From IMG/VR virus record IMGVR_UViG_3300008952_000005, positions 64,001-128,000 of that record: a DNA stretch of 64,000 nt; one strand, 5' to 3'. This document shows positions 9,087-17,602 of this stretch, in pieces. Source of the DNA: a virus. Made by a program: the position numbers and the translations under genes. A model generated the notes under the pieces. It ran no database searches. It worked only from the letters and a program-made list of their open reading frames with translations, and was not told the DNA's origin. Positions within the stretch are counted from its first letter, which is position 1. Each line of letters begins with the position of its first letter.

Positions 9087-9824
9087 CTAAACTTTCGTGA
9101 GAGAGGGCAATACGAAAAAATCCGTTAACCCTTGCAAAGTCACTAAACTCTTGACCTTTGTCTTCGGGTTCTCTAATTCTATCTCTTGCTTTAATTTAGG
9201 CATAGTATCAAAAAAAGTATTAATCTTTTTGTATGTTTTTGCGTCTAAACTCTCTATAAACTTGTTTAATTCTTCCTTGGTATAATCTGCAGGTGAATGC
9301 ATTTTATCGCCTTCGTATATTTGATGTATTGAATTTGCTAACATATCAAATAATTGTGCTGTCTTCATACCTTTGACACTCAACTTTGGATCAACTGTAT
9401 TGATTGTAGGATAACTCATAATAATCCCAATCTTTTTCGTTTCATCAATCACAATCTTATTTGTATGACCATCATCAACGTGTACCTCAACTTTAGATAA
9501 ATCTATTTCTTTTTCAACATAAGTTTCTCTATCATCTGGACACAACAATTTAACTGTTGCTTTTTCTCCAACTGATTTTGCCCTTATTTGTAAAAAAATA
9601 TATTCTAAATCAAAGGTAGGCAATGTATCAACATCTATAAAACCAAATGTACAAGTATGTACTATTTGTTTCAATGCGTCAATCAAAGCCTTATTGTCTT
9701 CTGATTCCATCGCTTGCAACAAAATTTTCTCTTCTTTTACAAGAAAAGGTCTGTACTTAACTTTCACATTTTTAGATGGTAAAGTCAACTCAAATGTCGC
9801 TGTTTCTAATATCGGCAATGCCAT
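9087..9824 (-). CDS. gp26: Baseplate hub subunit gp26
   Basis: MALP....FEL.LPS....VKYRPFLVKEEKILL, FDLEYIFLQIRAKSVGE, G..DFF ending. Confidence 0.9.
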   Translation of the reverse strand: MALPILETATFELTLPSKNVKVKYRPFLVKEEKILLQAMESEDNKALIDALKQIVHTCTFGFIDVDTLPTFDLEYIFLQIRAKSVGEKATVKLLCPDDRETYVEKEIDLSKVEVHVDDGHTNKIVIDETKKIGIIMSYPTINTVDPKLSVKGMKTAQLFDMLANSIHQIYEGDKMHSPADYTKEELNKFIESLDAKTYKKINTFFDTMPKLKQEIELENPKTKVKSLVTLQGLTDFFVLPSLTKV

Positions 9825-9856
9825 AATTTACTCCTTTTTTATTATATTATATTATA

Positions 9857-10870
9857 TTAAAAGAACGGTGGAAAACTCTTTCCATATGGTGGAAATACTC
9901 TTCCTCCTGTTGCTCTTCCAATTGGTATATCTCTTCTAATTTTATTAGCTATATCTCTACCTGCACGTCTTAACTCTGGTGGTAATTTAGAAATCATACC
10001 CATAAGACCTTTCGTGCTATCAGTAGTAGTGTGTGGCATACCTGCTTCGGTCTTACCAATATTTGATTTACCCATTTGGTCTAATGTTAAATTTTCCCAA
10101 GTTCTAAATGCAAATGATATAGGCATTTCCATAGGTATCATATCGTCTGTTAATGCTTGATATTGTACCTCACCAATTGTTTCTGGATATACTTCGTGCA
10201 ATCTTATTGCATAGGTAATTCTTAAATTGTCTGACATTCCTGCCCTATTTTCAGGAGTTTCCTTATCTTCTTTATACATACCCAACTGATAAATGTCCAT
10301 AGAACCTATATAACTATCATAGTAAGTTAAATCGTGAGTTTTAGAATTAAACATTAAATTTTGCCACTCCTCAAAAAACGCCCTTTGTCTTAAATACTTA
10401 TCCCCCATAAATGTACACTCAATCTTTGAATTAAAATGATATGCTTGAGGCATTTGTCTACCAGGTCCATAAGTTACAACATTTTCTGATTTAATATCTC
10501 TTGATGGCAACGTTGCTTTAGAACAAAATAACTCCACATTTCTATTCATTTCATCCATATGATAATTACTGCCGTACTTACCAGTACTTCCTTGATAATC
10601 AGCAGTTTCAAGATGGTCAATATCTTTATCAATTTTTACTTTAAATTTTGGTGGAAAAAATCTAACTAAAAATCTATTTGCTCTAGCAATACCTTCACCC
10701 TTTGATATAGCAGACATAAATCTATTAATGGAACTTACGCTTCTATTTCCAGAAATAAATTTTTCTTTTAATCTTTTATCGCCTTCAACGTCATCTAATG
10801 ACTTATCTCTTGGAAGTCCTACTCGGATATCAAAATTACCGATACGTTTCCCTGCTCTAAATATTGCCAT
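9857..10870 (-). CDS. Tail-tube initiator / tube-like protein (gp54/gp19 family)
   Basis: ARANRFLVRF, ELFCSKATLP.R, TFMGDKYL..R.FFEEW, L.EVYP.TIG; position before gp26. Confidence 0.7.
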   Translation of the reverse strand: MAIFRAGKRIGNFDIRVGLPRDKSLDDVEGDKRLKEKFISGNRSVSSINRFMSAISKGEGIARANRFLVRFFPPKFKVKIDKDIDHLETADYQGSTGKYGSNYHMDEMNRNVELFCSKATLPSRDIKSENVVTYGPGRQMPQAYHFNSKIECTFMGDKYLRQRAFFEEWQNLMFNSKTHDLTYYDSYIGSMDIYQLGMYKEDKETPENRAGMSDNLRITYAIRLHEVYPETIGEVQYQALTDDMIPMEMPISFAFRTWENLTLDQMGKSNIGKTEAGMPHTTTDSTKGLMGMISKLPPELRRAGRDIANKIRRDIPIGRATGGRVFPPYGKSFPPFF

Positions 10871-10872
10871 TT

Positions 10873-11013
10873 CTATTTCCTATCCTTTGGGTGTCTGCCC
10901 ATATAATGTTCGGATGGTTCGTAGTTCCATCTATGTCCGTGGTGTCCTCTAACGTCAGCATACCACATCCTGATTTTAACTATCAAAACTCTCCATAATG
11001 TTCTCTTTGCCAT
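10873..11013 (-). CDS. Small basic hypothetical protein (46 aa, MAKRTLWR...)
   Basis: Likely ATG at 11013 just after the gp2 stop; abuts the next gene. Confidence 0.55.
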   Translation of the reverse strand: MAKRTLWRVLIVKIRMWYADVRGHHGHRWNYEPSEHYMGRHPKDRK

Positions 11014-11020
11014 TTTACTA

Positions 11021-11575
11021 TCAGATTGCTCTCCTACTGTCTGCCCATACTCTACTTGCTGGTGCTTTGCGAAATTGCTGAATAGGCAGATAAACAGCAA
11101 TAGCCATTTCGTCTGCGTCTATTCTTAAAAAGTTTGACCTTACGTGTCGCCACAAATATTTCTTAATCGTTGGTTGTATCATAGGTATATTTTTAAGTGT
11201 AGAATATGTTGCCATTATTCTTGTTGTACTATCAAATTGTGTATTACTAGCATATTTTTGTATGTCTTGTAATAATCTAAATCTCATTATATATGGTAAA
11301 TAGTGAAAATTTAACCCTACAAACCCACCTTTAAATGTATCTACTGGTAAAACTAATGGGAATAAATCATAATATGGTAATTTATCTTTAGTTTTAGGGT
11401 CATAAAAATACATATTCAAACGTCCTGCACTAGGTCTTTGATTTAGTTTTCCACTTCTCATAAGAGCAGTACGAGTCGCCTTACGTGCTATACTTTGGAC
11501 AGCATTTCTATACCATTGTGCTGACTTTAGTACACCTTTTTGTCTATCTACTATGGGTCCAAATATATTTGCCAT
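11021..11575 (-). CDS. gp2: DNA end protector protein gp2
   Basis: GRLNMYFYDPK.K..LPYYD.FPLVLP, GF.GLNFHYLP, P.IKKYL, VW.DSR; likely start MANIFG. Confidence 0.92.
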   Translation of the reverse strand: MANIFGPIVDRQKGVLKSAQWYRNAVQSIARKATRTALMRSGKLNQRPSAGRLNMYFYDPKTKDKLPYYDLFPLVLPVDTFKGGFVGLNFHYLPYIMRFRLLQDIQKYASNTQFDSTTRIMATYSTLKNIPMIQPTIKKYLWRHVRSNFLRIDADEMAIAVYLPIQQFRKAPASRVWADSRRAI

Positions 11576-11580
11576 ACTAC

Positions 11581-11588
11581 TATTTATA
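11581..11588 (-). promoter_or_regulatory. T4-type late promoter TATAAATA for the gp2 operon
   Basis: Exact match just upstream of the gp2 ATG. Confidence 0.75.
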
Positions 11589-11591
11589 ATG

Positions 11592-11620
11592 AAAAAGGGC
11601 ACCTATTACTAGGTGCCCTT
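11592..11620 (-). terminator. Intrinsic terminator after gp32
   Basis: 11-bp perfect stem AAGGGCACCTA/TAGGTGCCCTT, 4-nt loop, U-run on the minus strand. Confidence 0.8.
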
Positions 11621-11651
11621 GAAGTTTTAACGTTTTTTGAGAGAGAAAGGT

Positions 11652-12542
11652 TTACTCTTCGTCTGCCAATTTACTAAAATAAGACAACGTATCGTCTTCC
11701 TCACTAGCAGGTTTAGAGTTCACAACGTTAGTACTTTTCACCTTGCCATTGACCTGTTGTGGGAGGTCAACTGTTTCAACAGTTTCGGTGCTTCGTGTAC
11801 CCATAATTATCCTATTCAGTTTCTCTTTGAGTTCCTCATAAGATTTAAAATTACTAGGGTCCACAAATGGTTTCAAAGGATACTGTTTCGCCCATATCGC
11901 TTTTATAGCAGCGTCATCACTTGCTACTGGCGTAACACCTTCAAATTCAGATTTGTCGTAGTTCCAATAACCATCAACTTTTCTAATTTTTAGTTTAAAG
12001 TTTGCACCTTTCCAAAAATCAAATGGGTTGATTGCCTTTTCATCCGCAAATTGAGGTTGCATTGCTTCTGATATCTTATCAAATATCTTTTTACCAAATT
12101 TGTATAAGAAAACTTTGCCTTCATTTTCGGGATGTTTTGGATCACTAACAATATAGATGTTAGAATAGTATGATAATTTTCTTTTTCTCTTACGAGCAAT
12201 ATCCTTATCACTATCTACACCTGTATTCCATAATCTAGTATTATCTTCACTAACTGGATCTTTAGTATTTAAAGTTGTTAATGAATTTTCAATGTACCAA
12301 CCACCTTTGTCTTGAAATGCGTGTGACCATACTCTTTGCCAAGGCATTTCTTCGTTGTTAGACGCAGGTAAAAATCTAATAACAGCATAACCGTTACCAG
12401 TTTTATCTAACTCTGGTTTCCAAAGTCTATCGTCTTGATACTTGTTTTTGTTTGCTTGATCCTCGGGACCGAGGTTCTTTTCAAGTGCCTTTGTAATCTT
12501 ATCAAAGTTACTTGATGATGATTTTAATGTTTCAAAATCCAT
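11652..12542 (-). CDS. gp32: Single-stranded DNA-binding protein gp32
   Basis: DDRLWKPELDKTGNGYAVIRFLPA, GWYIENSLTTL, GKVFLYKFGKKIFDKI, NPFDFWKGANFKLKIRKV, acidic tail. Confidence 0.96.
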   Translation of the reverse strand: MDFETLKSSSSNFDKITKALEKNLGPEDQANKNKYQDDRLWKPELDKTGNGYAVIRFLPASNNEEMPWQRVWSHAFQDKGGWYIENSLTTLNTKDPVSEDNTRLWNTGVDSDKDIARKRKRKLSYYSNIYIVSDPKHPENEGKVFLYKFGKKIFDKISEAMQPQFADEKAINPFDFWKGANFKLKIRKVDGYWNYDKSEFEGVTPVASDDAAIKAIWAKQYPLKPFVDPSNFKSYEELKEKLNRIIMGTRSTETVETVDLPQQVNGKVKSTNVVNSKPASEEDDTLSYFSKLADEE

Positions 12543-12608
12543 ATGTATTCTCCTTTTGTATTAACATATTCGTTGTATTTGTGTAGGCTATATAATCGCC
12601 TTCATTAT

Positions 12609-12616
12609 TATTTATA
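12609..12616 (-). promoter_or_regulatory. T4-type late promoter TATAAATA upstream of gp32
   Basis: Exact match on the minus strand. Confidence 0.6.
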
Positions 12617-12630
12617 CACTCACTATGTCT

Positions 12631-12659
12631 AATATAACATAATTAGAGCATAGAGTCAA
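12631..12659 (-). promoter_or_regulatory. Sigma70-like promoter TTGACT-17-TATATT upstream of gp32
   Basis: Near-consensus hexamers with a 17-nt spacer. Confidence 0.65.
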
Positions 12660-13530
12660 GTGTGGTATAATCTATGTACTTCAGGTTAGGTATGCCTTTC
12701 CACTCTTCAATAGGTCCATTGACCTTATCCCTGCCATCATTATATCTATTGACCTTATAAAAATGTATGTCTGGATACCATTGGAACATAGTTCTCCATT
12801 GATTGATCCAATTCAACCCTGGTGTTGGACTGTTATCTTTTGCTGTATAATGCTTACTACTCTTGTAGATATTATTAATCTTCTCATTATGACTATGTAA
12901 ATCGTGTCCTATTAGGTACACTTCACAAGGATTCTCTTTCTTAACTGCAACTAAACCAGCACTTGCCCCACACGCCCAACCGTGGTCTCTAGGTTCGCAT
13001 ATATCATCTAATGAGTGTGAATAGTCTGGTTCTTTTATCCAACTAACTTTAATTTGAGCTTGGTCAACTTTCCTTTTAAGTACTGCACCATCTGTCAATA
13101 CACTTACTACACCTTTTAAATTAGAACCGTGTAAAACATATTCTTTACTATCACCACGTCCATTGGTTATAACAGCACCTTGTTCTATTGCTTTATCTAA
13201 TTCTTCTTTAGGTAAACCATCTTGTATTATTGCGTCATATGTATGAGCAGGCACTTTAGTCCAATTTCTAAAATAACAAGGTATCTTTTGTGCCATACCT
13301 GCGTGATATATTTCGTGTATCATTCCGTGGTCTACACCAGTTAACACATCACATAAATTAGGGTGGTCTCTATAAATGGCATTGCAACCATATATCTTAC
13401 CAAATTCTTTATACTTTAATAAATCTATACCTATTCTACTCTCACCGTTACCGATACAGAATACTCTACTAGACCTTTTTTCTTCTTTAATTTCTTTTGC
13501 CAAGTCTTCAACGTCTTCAGATATTATCAT
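12643..13530 (-). CDS. Hypothetical protein, MptE/DUF115-like (motility-associated glycosyltransferase-like) fold
   Basis: VFCIGNGESR, YGCNAIYRD, G.SAG..A, VYLIGHDL, N.YK motifs. Confidence 0.55.
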   Translation of the reverse strand: MIISEDVEDLAKEIKEEKRSSRVFCIGNGESRIGIDLLKYKEFGKIYGCNAIYRDHPNLCDVLTGVDHGMIHEIYHAGMAQKIPCYFRNWTKVPAHTYDAIIQDGLPKEELDKAIEQGAVITNGRGDSKEYVLHGSNLKGVVSVLTDGAVLKRKVDQAQIKVSWIKEPDYSHSLDDICEPRDHGWACGASAGLVAVKKENPCEVYLIGHDLHSHNEKINNIYKSSKHYTAKDNSPTPGLNWINQWRTMFQWYPDIHFYKVNRYNDGRDKVNGPIEEWKGIPNLKYIDYTTLDSML

Positions 13531-14098
13531 TTGTAGTCTTTTCTATTTTAAAAAAGAAAGATAATGTTAATCTTTCTTTAAAGGTATAATCTAAACAAGG
13601 AGAGTGGTATCTACCACCGTGATATAAAACTAGTCTATTTGGAACAGCACTTATATAAATGTCTGGCACTCTCTCCATTTGATTATTAAAAAATGCCGTA
13701 CCACCATCATATGCCTGGTCAAAGTACATCATACCTGCTATTAAAGGTTCTTCTTTTTCACCTGCTGGATAGTCCCTATGTACAAGACCATATTTACCAA
13801 AGTTTTGTGGAGATTGTTTTATTTCACTCAATATAATCTTTCTAGCAACTGTCCTGAAATCAGTAATTTTAGTTTGTAGTATACCTTCTATTTTATTTGT
13901 GATGTAATCGTTCTCTTTATCATATTGATTTTCATAACAAGGATACGCCTGCAATCTATTACCATAATACCCACTTCCTGGTTGATGTTGTGCTTCATAG
14001 TTCAACCTATCTAAATCTGATTTAATATTAGTATACTTTTCTTTTGTGAAGAAATTATAATGAATTGATATTCCACCATTTAAAATATAATCAATCAT
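13517..14098 (-). CDS. 2OG-Fe(II) oxygenase superfamily protein
   Basis: HRD, AGMMYF, GGT.FF, PNRLVLY....YHSP, R.T..FF. Confidence 0.8.
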   Translation of the reverse strand: MIDYILNGGISIHYNFFTKEKYTNIKSDLDRLNYEAQHQPGSGYYGNRLQAYPCYENQYDKENDYITNKIEGILQTKITDFRTVARKIILSEIKQSPQNFGKYGLVHRDYPAGEKEEPLIAGMMYFDQAYDGGTAFFNNQMERVPDIYISAVPNRLVLYHGGRYHSPCLDYTFKERLTLSFFFKIEKTTNDNI

Positions 14099-14637
14099 TT
14101 AAATATATTACCTTGCACATTTAAGTAATTAAAGTTTATATTAACTCTTCTTGTATCGTTTGTTGTGCTTGTACTAGTATGGTCAATACTTGGATCAAAT
14201 AGTATTGCTCTATTTGCAACACTATCAATTTTCTTATCTCCTATCCTTGTATATCCATTGCAAGTGTTCAAAGCAAACAGACACCCCACACAAGGAAAAG
14301 GATAATCTCGGTGCATACCGTGTTCAATAAGCTTACCTTGATTAGGAAATGAATTTACTTTTACTCTTAATAAAGTTTCCATCTTAATATTTGGATCTTT
14401 AAATTCTTGTAATTTACGTAAAACTGGATCCATTATTTCCCAAGATGTAGTAAATGTTGGTCTGTCATTGTCATATAACATATGCATATTAAAGAATTGA
14501 TAACCAATTTTTCCTCTATCAGATGTTCTTACTATTGTGTCATAATAAAACCAAGGAAAGTATTTACCCATTACCTTTTCTTCTAATACATCAAAATCTT
14601 CTTTATATAAAAAATTATCTATTACTATTGTTTTCAT
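14095..14637 (-). CDS. 2OG-Fe(II) oxygenase superfamily protein
   Basis: VIDNFL, H.MHRD, NTCNGYT, SVANRAILFD...HTS...RVNINFNY. Confidence 0.85.
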   Translation of the reverse strand: MKTIVIDNFLYKEDFDVLEEKVMGKYFPWFYYDTIVRTSDRGKIGYQFFNMHMLYDNDRPTFTTSWEIMDPVLRKLQEFKDPNIKMETLLRVKVNSFPNQGKLIEHGMHRDYPFPCVGCLFALNTCNGYTRIGDKKIDSVANRAILFDPSIDHTSTSTTNDTRRVNINFNYLNVQGNIFK

Positions 14638-15028
14638 TTAAAAATAATTAAAGTTTATATTAACTCTTCTTGTATCGTTTGTTGTATTTGTACTGCAATG
14701 TGGAATGGTTGAATCAAATAATACTGCTCTATTTGCAACACTATCAACTTTAGTACCATCTTCAAACTTTGTATATCCATTGCAAGTATTTATACTAAAT
14801 ACACACGCCCTACGGTTTAAATTACCCTTACTCCCTAGCAACGGCCAATCTGTATGCATAGTGTGTTCCCTAAATATACCTTGATTAGGATATGAATTTG
14901 CTTTTACTCTTACTAAAGAAGTCATACGAATATTTGGATCTTCTAATTTCATTAATTTATCCAAGACTGGATCCATTAATTCAAAAGATGTAGTAAATGT
15001 TGGTCTGTCATTGTCATATAACATATGC
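14442..15028. repeat. Direct repeat between the oxygenase paralogs (44-nt identical block at 14442-14485 and 14985-15028)
   Basis: AAGATGTAGTAAATGTTGGTCTGTCATTGTCATATAACATATGC occurs twice; other shorter shared blocks present. Confidence 0.9.
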
Positions 15029-15177
15029 GTTACATAAAATGTCATATCTTTCATATATTCTTCTTCTAGTATTATTTCATTATAATGAAACCAAGGAAAG
15101 TATCTACCCATTATCTTTATATGTAATTCATCAAAATCTTTTTTATCTAAAAAATTATCTATGACTATTGGTTGCAT
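14638..15177 (-). CDS. 2OG-Fe(II) oxygenase superfamily protein (tandem paralog of 14095-14637)
   Basis: Same motifs (HTD, HCS, RVNINFNY); likely start MQPIVIDNFL. Confidence 0.85.
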   Translation of the reverse strand: MQPIVIDNFLDKKDFDELHIKIMGRYFPWFHYNEIILEEEYMKDMTFYVTHMLYDNDRPTFTTSFELMDPVLDKLMKLEDPNIRMTSLVRVKANSYPNQGIFREHTMHTDWPLLGSKGNLNRRACVFSINTCNGYTKFEDGTKVDSVANRAVLFDSTIPHCSTNTTNDTRRVNINFNYF

Positions 15178-15234
15178 ATAATCTCCATTGCCTCTAGTAT
15201 CTCTTGTACAGTCCACGTACCATTTATTTTCTTA

Positions 15235-15858
15235 TTAAGATTTGAGTTCACTAGTTATAATCTCTTTCATTACTAATTTAGCTTTCGTCTTGTTAAATGA
15301 TATAAATGGTTTCATTTTCCGCAATTTTCTGGACATATCAGTCCACACAACTTTTTCCGTAACTTGTTTATCCCAGTCTTTAATAAAACCAAGGACTGAA
15401 TCAAGTATGATGGCGGTTGGGTATGAAACTTTCCGTTGAATAAGTAATCGTAGCATTCGTGGATGTTGCCCATTAACCACCCTAAAGCCATCATCAAAAG
15501 AAATGCCCCTCCTGCTAAAGTCATAAACAATACTATTAATACTGCTTCGTAAACTGTAGTCAAAAGACTCAAAATATTTTCTGTACTGAAGGTAGGTTTT
15601 GTGTCCATTGTCATTTAATAAATTCCCTATCCATTTCTTACTATCGTCAATAAAATTACTTACAAAGAAATCAAGCACTTCACTTGGACTATATCTTGTA
15701 GATAACTTATAGAAGAAGTATCTATCTTTTCTTTTAGTAAATGAATCCAATGTTGCATTTACCTTACCTGTATATTTATGATAGTCATAGGTGTCTGTTG
15801 TAAAATGCAACTTAACACCTAGATATATCTTATATACGTCAAATCCTCCATATGCCAT
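15235..15858 (-). CDS. gp59: Helicase loader gp59
   Basis: FDVYKIYLGVKLHFT...YDYHKY.GK, F.KRKDRYFFYKLS, HP..LRLL. Confidence 0.9.
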   Translation of the reverse strand: MAYGGFDVYKIYLGVKLHFTTDTYDYHKYTGKVNATLDSFTKRKDRYFFYKLSTRYSPSEVLDFFVSNFIDDSKKWIGNLLNDNGHKTYLQYRKYFESFDYSLRSSINSIVYDFSRRGISFDDGFRVVNGQHPRMLRLLIQRKVSYPTAIILDSVLGFIKDWDKQVTEKVVWTDMSRKLRKMKPFISFNKTKAKLVMKEIITSELKS

Positions 15859-15859
15859 A

Positions 15860-16474
15860 CTAATCTATCAAATACTTATAACAAATTGGGAAATGGTCTT
15901 TCATATGTCTTGATAACTGGTGAGTGACCATTCTCGTTTCTGCTTGAGCATTACTCTTACTCCTTAAATTACATACTCTACTAAATGCAAATACACTACC
16001 TGACCATATCCACTCGGTCATCATACATTGAGGTAGTACCATACGTGCCATTTCTGGTGCAATACCTTCCTCTAACATATCATTGTATGTTTCTGTAGCC
16101 ACATTTATTAAATGTGTAATATCATATTCTACTTCTTCATCACTTGAACCTTGTTTAATACTCTTCTCTGGTTTCTTTCTCCACATAAAAGGTATATAAA
16201 ACTCTGGTTTATCTGAAACATATCGTCTACTCACTTCGTTCCAACTTAAACCTACTTGATGTTTAACTAATTGTCTTGCAACAAAGATAGGTGCTTTAAT
16301 TCTAAATGATAGAAAGGCGTGTGCAAATGGTGACCAATGTCCGTGCAATGCCAAATACTTAATTAACTTGTCATCTTTTTCATCAAGTACATCTTTTCTT
16401 TTTGCAAAGGATACTCTAGCAGCATTGACTACTGATAGGTCACTACCTAACTTATCTATAAGTTCTATATCCAT
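15860..16474 (-). CDS. thyX: Flavin-dependent thymidylate synthase ThyX
   Basis: VVNAARVS, H.SPF.H, APIFVARQLVKHQ, SWNE.SRRY, PEMAR..LPQ, AQ.E.R. Confidence 0.95.
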   Translation of the reverse strand: MDIELIDKLGSDLSVVNAARVSFAKRKDVLDEKDDKLIKYLALHGHWSPFAHAFLSFRIKAPIFVARQLVKHQVGLSWNEVSRRYVSDKPEFYIPFMWRKKPEKSIKQGSSDEEVEYDITHLINVATETYNDMLEEGIAPEMARMVLPQCMMTEWIWSGSVFAFSRVCNLRSKSNAQAETRMVTHQLSRHMKDHFPICYKYLID

Positions 16475-16662
16475 TAAAATAACTTCCCTAGTTTATATAC
16501 ACCCCATAATGCCATAAAGACAAATAATGCACTTAACATCCCACCTTCAAACAAAGCAACTAATGTAACTGTTGCCCACAATGCATAGAACACTAAAGAT
16601 TTCCAGTTCATAAAGAACCAAACTAATGCTAATCCAATTACTTTTAAATATTCTTTTATCAT
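16474..16662 (-). CDS. Small membrane protein
   Basis: 62 aa, mostly hydrophobic, translationally coupled. Confidence 0.65.
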   Translation of the reverse strand: MIKEYLKVIGLALVWFFMNWKSLVFYALWATVTLVALFEGGMLSALFVFMALWGVYKLGKLF

Positions 16663-16877
16663 TACGGTAATACTCCAGGTTTACCACCTTTTAATAAGTT
16701 TAACTGTTGTGATTGATGTTGTATTTTTTCTTTGAGTTGTTTTGTAATTAGACGTGCTGTAGTTTCAACTTCAATAGTATTTTCTTCACAATATTTAACA
16801 ATAGCATCCACATATAACATATCTTTATGCTTCTTTACTATGTCCTCTATGATTAAAGAAAATTCTTTTGAGTTCAT
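16662..16877 (-). CDS. gp33: Late transcription coactivator gp33
   Basis: FS..IE..V......Y.DAIV.YCEEN.IE.E...RLI...LKEKI. Confidence 0.85.
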   Translation of the reverse strand: MNSKEFSLIIEDIVKKHKDMLYVDAIVKYCEENTIEVETTARLITKQLKEKIQHQSQQLNLLKGGKPGVLP

Positions 16878-16883
16878 TTTATT

Positions 16884-16912
16884 ACTATAACATATTTATT
16901 AGCAAATGTAAA
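16884..16912 (-). promoter_or_regulatory. Sigma70-like promoter TTTACA-17-TATAGT upstream of gp33
   Basis: Near-consensus hexamers with a 17-nt spacer. Confidence 0.55.
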
Positions 16913-17165
16913 GTGTGTAGTTTCTGTTGCCACGTACTACACAACGCCGTTTGCCTATTAACTAGGCAGCAAGAGCATAACTTTCGTTAGCTTTTATGTG
17001 TTTGTCCTTTAAAGTAGCAACCTACTATCTAACTCCAGTTAGTTTTGATTGTGAATCGATTCCATATCATCCCCCATAAGCACACTTGAAATCAATGTGT
17101 TTATGGTGGAGATGTTGGGAATTGAACCCAAGTGTTCTCCAACTATTATCTAACCTTCAACGTCA
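16912..17165 (-). ncRNA. ssrA: Two-piece circularly permuted tmRNA (alphaproteobacterial type)
   Basis: Acceptor piece ends GGGTTCAATTCCCAACATCTCCACCA (CCA at 17104); intervening hairpin; coding piece starts GGGGATG at 17074 and pairs with CATCTCC with a G3.U wobble; tag ORF ANESYALAA* at 16991-16962; outer ends approximate. Confidence 0.9.
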
Positions 17166-17171
17166 AATTCA

Positions 17172-17567
17172 TTATAAACTTATTCCTTGTTTGTTTGGCA
17201 TAAACTTTAAATCAAATGACTTGTATAACATACAAGATTCCATTCCATTCATTGTTGACATAACTACAAGTGATATTGTATATGTAGGGTCAACATAATA
17301 ACTTACTATAAAAACTGGTTCACCATCTGGTCTAGCACTATCTCTACCAACAGAAACATTAACCAAAGTCATTTCGTTCTTTTCTATATATGCAAGTACA
17401 CTTTCACTAGTTCCACATATAACAGGCATTTGTAACCAATATAATTGTCCTTGCAAATTATCTTGTGGCATTTCAGGCAATGGTGATGTTTCCTGCTCCG
17501 CCATAGCAAGTGTGCTCATAGTTATGAGTACTGCTCCAAATATTATTGATTTTAACCTTTTTAACAT
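17172..17567 (-). CDS. Hypothetical exported protein
   Basis: Signal-peptide-like N-terminus; WLQMPVICGT motif. Confidence 0.7.
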   Translation of the reverse strand: MLKRLKSIIFGAVLITMSTLAMAEQETSPLPEMPQDNLQGQLYWLQMPVICGTSESVLAYIEKNEMTLVNVSVGRDSARPDGEPVFIVSYYVDPTYTISLVVMSTMNGMESCMLYKSFDLKFMPNKQGISL

Positions 17568-17602
17568 AAGTGACCTCTCGTGGATAATCTCTAGCCACTT
17601 TG

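Noticed and set aside
17104-17135. tRNA-like T-arm and CCA end
   Set aside because: There is no D-arm or anticodon arm upstream; it is the acceptor piece of the permuted tmRNA, not a tRNA
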